From NCBI GenBank assembly GCA_022843565.1, contig JALHNK010000037.1:179-24178 (forward strand): DNA of 24,000 bases, written 5' to 3'. The translations under genes were made by a program, and so were the position numbers. This DNA comes from Phycisphaerales bacterium (lineage in GTDB: Bacteria > Planctomycetota > Phycisphaerae > Phycisphaerales > UBA1924). The notes beneath the pieces are model-generated. The model was not told where the DNA came from. It made no database searches and saw only the letters and a list, made by a program, of their open reading frames with translations. This document shows positions 1-7,150 of this stretch, piece after piece (positions within the stretch are counted from its first letter, which is position 1; the number at the start of each line of letters is the position of its first letter).

Positions 1-1657
1 CGTCACCGACCATGAGGACGCGCCGGCCCTGCTTAACGAGGGCCTGAATCTGCTCGTGCTTCTCAGCGGGAAGGCACTCGGCCTCGATGCTGTCAGCCCC
101 GACCGTGACACCGACGCGCTGGGCGACGCTGAGACGGTCGCCGGTGAAGATCGAGATCTTCTTGACGCCGAGTTCGCGGAGGCGATCAATGACGCCCTTG
201 GTGTTGGAACGCACCTTGTCTTCGAGACCGACGCAGCCGAGGTAGCGCCCGTCCTTGACGACGTGGACACCGGTCATGCCCTCGATGCGCTGGTTGACGC
301 TCTCGACCTCGGGCGTGATGCTCGGGAAGAGCTCCTGAAGCCAGGTGGCGCGGCCGACGAAGACTTCGCCAAGATTGGTGGAGGCCTTGACGCCTCGCCC
401 GTGAATCTCCTCGAACGACGCCGAGGCGTCAAGCGGGATGCGAGCCGCGGTGGCGGTGGCCAGGATGCTGCGTGCCAGCGGGTGGTTGGATTGCTGCTCG
501 CCGTTGGCCGCCGCGGTCAGCAGCTCGGCACCCTCAACGCCGCTGGCCGGTGCCAGGCGTGAGACGACGAAGCGGCCGGTGGTGATCGTGCCGGTCTTGT
601 CCATGACGACGGTGTCGATATCGGCGCTGGCTTCGAGGAAGCGTGCTTCCTTGATCATGATGCCCAGACGCGCGGCAGAGGCGAACGCGGCGACGAGGGC
701 CGTCGGCGAGCTGATCAGCAATGCCGAGGGACACGCGACAAACAGCACGTTCACGGCGCGCTCCAGGCCGACGACCGGGTCCGAGAGGAACCAAGTCAGG
801 AACGCCAGCGACAGCACGATCGGCACGTAGAACCGCGCGACCTGCTCAATCAAAAGTTGACGCGGGGTCTTGGCCTTCTCCGCCGCAGAGATGAGCTGCG
901 TCACCTTGCCGATCGTCGTATCGCCACCGACCTGCGTCACGCGCACATCCAGCGATCCCGACAGGTTCGTCGTGCCGGCGTACACCGGCTCGCCAACCTG
1001 CACCTCGTGCGGCGCTGCTTCACCGGTCAGCGACGCCTGATCCAGCGTCGAGCGGCCCGCGGCGACGACGCCGTCGATCGGCAGATTCTCGCCCGGACGA
1101 ACACGCACGACGTCGCCGACTTTGATCTGACCAAGCGGAACTTCGCGCTCGCCATTGCCATCAACCAAGCGGGCGATATCGGGCGTGAGCTGCACAAGCT
1201 GCTCGATGACGCGCTGGGCGCTGAAGGCGGTGCGACGGAGAACCTGATCGGCGACGAGCAGGATGAAGGCGACCCAGCCCGCGGCCTCGAACTTGCTGAG
1301 CGCCAGCAGGCCGATCAGCGCCAGGGCCGCCAGCGAGCTGCTGGAGGGCTGACCAAGGCGGATTTCTTTGAAGCTCGCGTAAAAGAGCGGTGCCCCGAGC
1401 ATGAGGGCCGCGATGACCGCGGGAATCTGCGCCACATCCGGCGAGACCGCCTCAGGGACAAAGAACCAACTCGCCAGCCGCGTGACCAGCAGAAGGCTCA
1501 TGCCCACGAAGTACAGCGTCAGGTAGCGCTCGGACTGAAGCTCTGACATCTGATGGTGCGAGCAGCAGGCCACGCCGTCTTCGACTTTGTGCTCGTGCGC
1601 GTGCGAGTGCGCGGTGGCGGGGGGATGAGCGTGCCCGTCGTGTGAATGCACAGCCAT
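1..1657 (-). CDS. P1B-type heavy-metal-translocating P-type ATPase (C-terminal part lies beyond the window start; about 552 N-terminal codons present)
   Basis: Absent from the ORF track because it runs off the edge. My reverse-strand translation from ATG (cat at 1655-1657, preceded by GGAAGGA) reads MAVHSHDGHAHPPATAHSHAHEHKVEDGVACCSHHQ. It continues through TM helices, SLTGEAAP (TGE actuator motif), VACPSALLISSPTA (CPx ion-path motif, codons 725-733), VVMDKTGTITTG (phosphorylation motif, DK at 596-601) and KKISIFTGD (about 130-160). The frame is consistent throughout. Confidence 0.9.
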   Translation of the reverse strand, partial: MAVHSHDGHAHPPATAHSHAHEHKVEDGVACCSHHQMSELQSERYLTLYFVGMSLLLVTRLASWFFVPEAVSPDVAQIPAVIAALMLGAPLFYASFKEIRLGQPSSSSLAALALIGLLALSKFEAAGWVAFILLVADQVLRRTAFSAQRVIEQLVQLTPDIARLVDGNGEREVPLGQIKVGDVVRVRPGENLPIDGVVAAGRSTLDQASLTGEAAPHEVQVGEPVYAGTTNLSGSLDVRVTQVGGDTTIGKVTQLISAAEKAKTPRQLLIEQVARFYVPIVLSLAFLTWFLSDPVVGLERAVNVLFVACPSALLISSPTALVAAFASAARLGIMIKEARFLEASADIDTVVMDKTGTITTGRFVVSRLAPASGVEGAELLTAAANGEQQSNHPLARSILATATAARIPLDASASFEEIHGRGVKASTNLGEVFVGRATWLQELFPSITPEVESVNQRIEGMTGVHVVKDGRYLGCVGLEDKVRSNTKGVIDRLRELGVKKISIFTGDRLSVAQRVGVTVGADSIEAECLPAEKHEQIQALVKQGRRVLMVGD

Positions 1658-1902
1658 GGAGTCCTTCCATCAATGCGCCAGAGAACCCGGCGAGGGAACG
1701 CGCTGCCGGACGCGGCGGCGATCGTTCGGGACAAACGGTAGACCGGCAAGGCGCCGAGGGACAACCGGACATACGCAACCCGGGCCGGCGCGGTTCGTGA
1801 GGATTTCGGTGGTGTGCTCACGATTTGACGTGATGTCGGCCGGTGATTTCGCTATTGTTGCCAGACTTCGAGCGGATCGAGCCCAACGAGTTTGTTGCCT
1901 CA

Positions 1903-2994
1903 ATGACACCACCAAGCCACAAGTCAAACAGCATCCAGCCTGCCGGCGACGACCGGCCGGAGGTTTCCATCCTGGGTCTCGGGCAGATGGGGCTCGTCTG
2001 CGCGTCGATCCTGACGGATCAGGAACGGCTCAACAAGCCGTTGCGCTCGCGCCCGCGCGTGACGATGTGGGGCCACTCCGCCGAGGAGGCCGGGCACGTC
2101 GCACAAGCCCGCTCCAGCGAGCGCCTTCCCGGGCTGCGACTGCAGGACGAGGTGCGCGTGTCGCTCCGCGATGGCGAGGCTCTTGCCCGCGCGGAGCTGA
2201 TCGTCTCGGCGGTCCCGGTGCAGTATTGCCGGAGCGTGTGGGAACGGCTGGGCAAGTATGTGCCGCGGGGCGCGAGCGTCCTCTCGGTGGCCAAGGGCAT
2301 CGAGAACGGCACGCTGCTGCGCCCGACCCAGATCATCAGCGAGGTGCTTCGCGACGACCCCGATTCTCGCCCGCGAAAGATCGGCACGCTCAGCGGCCCG
2401 ACCATCGCAGCGGAGCTTGCCCGCTGCCTGCCCGCCACGATGATCTGCGCCAGCGATGATGAGGCGTTCCGTCTCGAAGTTCAGCGACTCTTCGCGACGC
2501 GCTGGATGCGTGTGTACACCACGCCCGATGTCATCGGCGTCGAACTCGCGGGGGCGGTCAAGAACGTCATCGCCATCGCGGCAGGGATCCTCGACGGGCT
2601 TCAGGCTGGCTACAACGCCAAGAGCGCGCTGCTAGCGCGGGGCGTCGCCGAGATCGCCCGCTTGGGCACCGCGATGGGCGCATCGCAGGACACCTTCTTC
2701 GGCATCGCCGGTGCCGGCGACCTGGCCACGAGCTGCTTCTCCCCCGAGGGCCGCAACCGCTCGTGCGGCGAGGCGCTGGGCAAGGGCTTGCGACTCGACG
2801 ACTATCTGGCCCAGCAGCGCTCGGTCGTTGAGGGCGTCGCAACGACCAAGAGTGTCGTGGATCTGGCGGAGAAGTATCGCGTAGACATGCCGATCACACG
2901 CGCAGTGAACTCCGTGCTCTTTGAGGGGCTGGACCCGATCGACGCGATCGGCCGCCTCATGGCCCGCGAGCAAAAGCCCGAGCGAGTGAACTGA
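1903..2994 (+). CDS. gpsA: NAD(P)H-dependent glycerol-3-phosphate dehydrogenase
   Basis: ORF 1843-2994. I prefer the ATG at 1903 (MTPPSH...), just ahead of the dinucleotide-binding loop ILGLGQMG. LSGPTIAAELA, KNVIAIAAGILDGL and NAKSALLARGVAEIARLG match conserved GpsA blocks. The start is uncertain between 1843 and 1903. Confidence 0.9.
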   Translation: MTPPSHKSNSIQPAGDDRPEVSILGLGQMGLVCASILTDQERLNKPLRSRPRVTMWGHSAEEAGHVAQARSSERLPGLRLQDEVRVSLRDGEALARAELIVSAVPVQYCRSVWERLGKYVPRGASVLSVAKGIENGTLLRPTQIISEVLRDDPDSRPRKIGTLSGPTIAAELARCLPATMICASDDEAFRLEVQRLFATRWMRVYTTPDVIGVELAGAVKNVIAIAAGILDGLQAGYNAKSALLARGVAEIARLGTAMGASQDTFFGIAGAGDLATSCFSPEGRNRSCGEALGKGLRLDDYLAQQRSVVEGVATTKSVVDLAEKYRVDMPITRAVNSVLFEGLDPIDAIGRLMAREQKPERVN

Positions 2995-3137
2995 AGCCGC
3001 GGGTTACGCTTGTATCGGCCTGGCTTGCCCTGACCTGCCCGAAAGTGGTTCTCGACGCTCCGCAACGCAAACTCTTCGGCTCGCGTGTGTCGCGTGTGTT
3101 CCCACGCGCCAGATCGGGACCGAAACAGGATGACCTC

Positions 3138-4355
3138 ATGATCCGCTCACGCCGACGCTCGGTCGCTCTGTGTCAGACCTTCGCGCGAGCGATCGCGATC
3201 GGCGCGTTGCTCGTCGCGTCATCGCCAGTCATGGCGTGGGACGCGGTGGGCCATCGCGCAATCACATGGCTGGCGCTGGACGGCTTGGACGCAACCATGC
3301 CCGCGTTTCTTCGCGACCGCGAAAGGATCCACAGCATCGGCTGGCAAGCCGCGGAGCCCGATCGCTGGCGTGGCGTGCAATCCGGCTTCCTGACTCATGA
3401 GAACGCGATGGACCACTTCATCGATATCGAGGATCTCGAAGAGTTTGGCCTCACCATCGACACCATCAACCCCCTGCGGTACCGCTTCGTGCGCGACATG
3501 GCCGTCGCCCGGGCGACGCACAAGGACGACGACAAGCCCGCCGCGACCGGGCAGTTCAAGGCCAGCGATCGCCCGCCATACAACGAGCGGCTCGACGCGA
3601 CGGGGCAGAAGGAATGGGCGGGCTTCCTTCCGCACGCGATCTGCGAGCACCACGCGAAGCTGATCTCCAGCTTCAAGACGTATCGCACGCTGGAAAAGCT
3701 CAACGACCCGGCGCGGGCCCCGCAGCTTGAGATGGCCAAGGCCAACATCATGGTGCAGATGGGCGTGCTCTCGCACTTCGTCGGCGACGCCGCCCAGCCT
3801 CTGCACACCACCAAGCACTACAACGGCTGGGTCGGCGACAACCCCAGCGGCTACACGACCGAGAAAACGTTTCACGCTCGCATCGATGGTGACGTCATCG
3901 CGGAGCAGTCGATCACCTACGAATCGCTGAAGCCGAGCATGAAGTACACCCACGCCGTCGCCGACGGGCTGAACCCCTGGGGCGAGGTGCTCATGCACAT
4001 CAAACGCTCGCACGCCCTGATGGAGAAGACCTACGAGCTTGAGAAGGGCGGCAAGTTCAAAGAGGACGAGGGCAAGCAGTTCCTCGGGCGACGCCTGATG
4101 GACGCGGGGGACATGCTCGCAGCCCTTTACAACTCCGCGTGGAAGGCCAGCGAGCCAACGCCGAAGGACGTGAGTGTTTTCATTCGGTATGACTCGTTCA
4201 ACATGGCGGAACTGCCGCCGGCGCAGGGCGCAGCCGGCAACGCAGCGAGCCCCGCGACGCCGCCGGGGCAACACTCCACGCCCGGCAGCGGCACGCCAGC
4301 ACCGCAGACGCCGGGCAATGCCGTCCAGCCGATCGCCAAACCGGCGACGCCGTAG
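3138..4355 (+). CDS. Secreted zinc hydrolase of the phospholipase C / S1-P1 nuclease superfamily, with a Pro/Ala/Thr-rich C-terminal tail
   Basis: ORF 3045-4355. I prefer the ATG at 3138, with AGGA at 3127-3130. The signal peptide reads MIRSRRRSVALCQ...LLVASSPVMA, followed by WDAVGH (mature N-terminal Trp as in S1/P1 and Zn-PLC enzymes). HFIDIED, LSHFVGDAAQPLHTT and FHARIDGD resemble the Zn-ligand blocks. The RRR n-region could be a Tat-type signal. Confidence 0.75.
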   Translation: MIRSRRRSVALCQTFARAIAIGALLVASSPVMAWDAVGHRAITWLALDGLDATMPAFLRDRERIHSIGWQAAEPDRWRGVQSGFLTHENAMDHFIDIEDLEEFGLTIDTINPLRYRFVRDMAVARATHKDDDKPAATGQFKASDRPPYNERLDATGQKEWAGFLPHAICEHHAKLISSFKTYRTLEKLNDPARAPQLEMAKANIMVQMGVLSHFVGDAAQPLHTTKHYNGWVGDNPSGYTTEKTFHARIDGDVIAEQSITYESLKPSMKYTHAVADGLNPWGEVLMHIKRSHALMEKTYELEKGGKFKEDEGKQFLGRRLMDAGDMLAALYNSAWKASEPTPKDVSVFIRYDSFNMAELPPAQGAAGNAASPATPPGQHSTPGSGTPAPQTPGNAVQPIAKPATP

Positions 4356-4448
4356 GCCCCACACGATCTGCGGGTGTCGCGAATCATGCGTGCTCCGCCC
4401 GGCCCATCGACGATCATGCGTTGGGTCTGCGTGCGCCGCAACGCGGGG

Positions 4449-5006
4449 ATGTCATCCATGAGCGAGGCCCGAAGTCAGACCGAGCAGCATCAAGTCTTCT
4501 GGGGCGCGTGCCCGACGTGCCGCTATTCGCTCGCGGGCCTCACGCAAGACCAGAACTCCCATGTGACGTGCCCGGAATGTGGCGCGAAGCTCCGCATCGC
4601 AGCGCGCCAAAGTCTCTCGCCGGCGCAGCTCGCCGCGGCCAGGGCTCGCAGGCTCCAGCTTCGCACGCGCTTGATCATGGCCGAGGCCCGCATCTTTCAG
4701 GCGCTCTGGCTGGTCGTGACCATCGTCATCGCGGCCCTCGCGGCGGGACAAGTGCTCCTGCATTGGAGGCTTCTGTGGTTCAGCATCGTGGTCGGAATCA
4801 CGATCGCCGTCGTCGGCTTTGTCGCATCGGTCCTGTTCGCACGCTGGCTGATTCGAAAGGGCATCGCGGCGTCAGCAGTCGAGCGCGGCGAGTGCCGCCG
4901 CTGCTTGTACGACCTTACCGGCCTGAAACCTGACGACCGGGGCCGCGTCGTGTGCCCCGAGTGCGGGGAGGTGGAATCGACGCCAGCCGGCGCACCGATG
5001 AGATGA
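4449..5006 (+). CDS. Membrane protein with two zinc-ribbon motifs flanking two TM helices (function unknown)
   Basis: ORF 4374-5006, with candidate starts at 4374, 4449 and 4458. Ribbon 1 is CPTCRYSLAGLTQDQNSHVTCPECG (4509-4579) and ribbon 2 is CRRCLYDLTGLKPDDRGRVVCPECG (4893-4964). Both have C-x2-C-x16-C-x2-C spacing. Two hydrophobic helices lie between them (ALWLVVTIVIAALAAGQVLL, LWFSIVVGITIAVVGFVASVLF). Confidence 0.6.
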   Translation: MSSMSEARSQTEQHQVFWGACPTCRYSLAGLTQDQNSHVTCPECGAKLRIAARQSLSPAQLAAARARRLQLRTRLIMAEARIFQALWLVVTIVIAALAAGQVLLHWRLLWFSIVVGITIAVVGFVASVLFARWLIRKGIAASAVERGECRRCLYDLTGLKPDDRGRVVCPECGEVESTPAGAPMR

Positions 5007-5158
5007 GTCGGAGCGTGCGGCAGTCGCTCGACACGAGCGCCTCCGCCACTCCGCCGCTCTGCCACTTTGCCATTTTGCCACTTCATCACTTCCCCCCACG
5101 CCCGACGCGCCAACCTGAGCTCGCGCTCAGGGCTCCCTTGGCTTCTACCTTTCCGCTC

Positions 5159-6346
5159 ATGCGCTTCACCTTTCTTGGCACCGGCACATCCAGCGGCGTT
5201 CCCGTGATCGCCTGCGACTGCGCCGTGTGTACCTCCACCGATCCGCGCGATAACCGCCTCCGCTGCGGCGCTGCGCTGGAATTCACCGACCCACGCGGCC
5301 GCCCGCGCACCGTGCTCATCGACGCGACGCCCGACCTGCGCCAGCAGGCTCTCCGCCACAAGCTCGCACGCTGCGACGCGATCCTCTTCACGCACAACCA
5401 CGTCGATCACACCTTCGGGCTCGACGAAGTGCGCCGCTTCAACGCAGTCCAGCACTCGCCCATCGACATCTTCGGCGAGCCGCACACGCTGGAGCATCTC
5501 CGCCGCGTGTACGGGCACATCTTCGACGCGGCCCGGAACGTGAACGACTCCTTCGTCGCCAGCGTGATCCCGCGCGTGATCGAGCCGGGCGTGCCGCTGG
5601 AGCTGTACGGGCTCAAGATCACGCCCCTGCGATTTCTGCACGGCAAGCTGCCGATCCTGGGCTTCAGAATCGAGTGGGCACAGGAGAAGCCGGCGGCAGC
5701 GCAGGCCGACGAGGGAGCACAGGACACCCGCCTTGGAGAAGCGGGCCACCTTGAGTCGCACCGCCACGCCGGCATCGCAACCAACCCACTCCCGCCCGCA
5801 TCCACGGCCCACTGGTGGAATGACGACGCGCCCGAGCAACCGACTCGCACGAACGACGAACACGCTGGGTCTCCCGCCGCGCCCCGCGCCTCGACTGTGC
5901 CCGACAACACGCCGGCGCGAACCCCCCCCACGGTCTCCGGCGCACCTGCGTCCACCCCGCCGATCGATACCGACGCGCTCACGCCGGAGTCGCTCAAGCC
6001 CGCCCACACGGACGCGCCAGTGCTGCCGCTGGCGTATTGCACCGATGTCAGCGCCATCCCGCCCGAGACCTGGCAACACCTCGACGACCTGAACGTGCTG
6101 GCGATCGACGCGCTGCGATACCGCCGACACCCCACCCACTTCTGCTTCAACCAGGCGATCGAGGTCGCCCAGCGCGTCCGCCCGCGCCAGACGTACTTCA
6201 TCCACATGACCCACGACATCGCCCACGCCGACGCGGAGCAGTCACTGCCGGATGAGATCCGCCTCGCCTACGACGGCCTCGTTCTCACCGAGCGCACCAG
6301 CGCCCCGGACGTGCCGCTGACCAGCGGATTCGGAGAGCGCCCATGA
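5159..6346 (+). CDS. MBL-fold metallo-hydrolase, PhnP-like, carrying a roughly 115-aa low-complexity insertion
   Basis: ORF 4952-6346. I prefer the ATG at 5159 (MRFTFLGTGTSSGVP). It has an N-terminal Cys cluster (IACDCAVC), the HxHxDH box (FTHNHVDHTFGLDE) and a C-terminal block (YFIHMTHDIAH). The segment from about 5677 to 6030 is Pro/Ala/Thr-rich and interrupts the fold between LPILGFRIE and LAYCTDVS. Confidence 0.8.
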   Translation: MRFTFLGTGTSSGVPVIACDCAVCTSTDPRDNRLRCGAALEFTDPRGRPRTVLIDATPDLRQQALRHKLARCDAILFTHNHVDHTFGLDEVRRFNAVQHSPIDIFGEPHTLEHLRRVYGHIFDAARNVNDSFVASVIPRVIEPGVPLELYGLKITPLRFLHGKLPILGFRIEWAQEKPAAAQADEGAQDTRLGEAGHLESHRHAGIATNPLPPASTAHWWNDDAPEQPTRTNDEHAGSPAAPRASTVPDNTPARTPPTVSGAPASTPPIDTDALTPESLKPAHTDAPVLPLAYCTDVSAIPPETWQHLDDLNVLAIDALRYRRHPTHFCFNQAIEVAQRVRPRQTYFIHMTHDIAHADAEQSLPDEIRLAYDGLVLTERTSAPDVPLTSGFGERP

Positions 6347-6960
6347 GCGACGCGCCCAAGCCAAAGAAGACCGCGAGCGTGAAGAAGCCGAAGCCCGGCA
6401 GCACGGCCGAAGCCGACGGCTCCCTCCTGCCCGCGCCACCCGCCGAATCCAAAGGATCGCACTCGCACGGCACAGTCGCAATGCCAGCATCCGCCCCACG
6501 CGTGCAGTTGTTCACCGACGGTGCCTGCTCCGGCAACCCCGGCCCCGGCGGCTGGGCGTACATCCTGAAGCACCCCGCCAGCGGCAAAGTCCGCAAAGAC
6601 GCCGGGGGCCAGCCACAGACTACGAACAACCAGATGGAACTCACCGGCGCGATCATGGGCCTCAAAGCCCTCACGCGCCCCAGCGTCGTCGAGCTCTACA
6701 GCGACTCCGAATACGTCCTGAAAGGTCTGCGCGAGTGGGTCGCCGGCTGGAAGAAGCGCGGCTGGAAAACCGCCGCGAAACAACCCGTGAAAAACCGCGA
6801 GCTCTGGGAAGAGCTCGACACCCTCCGCAGTGGCCACACCGTGACCATGCACTGGGTCCGCGGGCACGATGGCCACCCGGAAAACGAAGAGTGCGACCAG
6901 ATGGCGGTGCGGGCCGCTCGCCTCGCAGCGGGAAAACCTGATCCCGCGCCGGGCGGATAA
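6343..6960 (+). CDS. rnhA: Ribonuclease HI with a basic Lys/Pro-rich N-terminal extension
   Basis: The catalytic blocks are FTDGAC, NNQMELTG, LYSDSEYV and WVRGHDGHPENEECDQMA (DEDD plus His). The ATG at 6343 overlaps the upstream stop (ATGA, 6343-6346). An internal ATG at 6481 would give a canonical-length enzyme. GC3 bias continues through 6343-6480, which favours the long form. Confidence 0.9.
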   Translation: MSDAPKPKKTASVKKPKPGSTAEADGSLLPAPPAESKGSHSHGTVAMPASAPRVQLFTDGACSGNPGPGGWAYILKHPASGKVRKDAGGQPQTTNNQMELTGAIMGLKALTRPSVVELYSDSEYVLKGLREWVAGWKKRGWKTAAKQPVKNRELWEELDTLRSGHTVTMHWVRGHDGHPENEECDQMAVRAARLAAGKPDPAPGG

Positions 6961-7150
6961 GTGGCATCGACAAAATCCGGCCCAGCCGCAGGAACGAAGG
7001 CCCATTGAAGGCTCTTCGCCAGCGATGTCACCCCCAGAGTGACCCGGCATCGAACACATGGCGACGTGACGTGTGAGGGACTTCCAAGCCCCCTCATCGC
7101 CTACGCCGCCCGTCCCGTCCTGTGTTCGCTGCCTCACTCGCACCGCTGAC

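Noticed and set aside
56-1546. Plus-strand ORFs 56-562, 438-830 and 857-1546
   Set aside because: All three lie antisense to the P-type ATPase, whose DKTGT, TGE and CPx motifs read unambiguously on the minus strand.
1658-1902. Metal-sensing riboswitch or operator in the divergent region between the ATPase gene and gpsA
   Set aside because: I could not recognise a conserved riboswitch core or a convincing palindrome. A covariance-model scan (for example NiCo or czcD-type) would be needed.
3219-4364. 381-aa minus-strand ORF
   Set aside because: It lies antisense to the S1/P1-PLC-like hydrolase, has an Arg-rich composition and belongs to no recognisable family.
5055-5095. Relatively AT-rich patch with repeated GCCACTT/TGCCAT motifs upstream of the MBL gene, as a possible promoter
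   Set aside because: TTGCCA could serve as a -35 element, but no acceptable -10 hexamer follows at 16-18 nt. I left it unannotated.
4697-6226. 509-aa minus-strand ORF, the longest ORF in this part of the track
   Set aside because: It lies antisense to the well-supported zinc-ribbon and MBL genes. Its translation is Arg/Gly/Val-rich low complexity with no recognisable motif. Long stop-free antisense frames are expected in GC-rich DNA.
3138-6960. A run of nuclease-like genes (S1/P1-like, MBL, RNase H, with TatD later) as a possible defence island
   Set aside because: RNase HI, the PhnP-like MBL and TatD are canonical housekeeping families. The S1/P1-like enzyme carries a secretion signal. There is no NTPase, sensor, toxin or mobile-element context, and composition matches the surrounding DNA.
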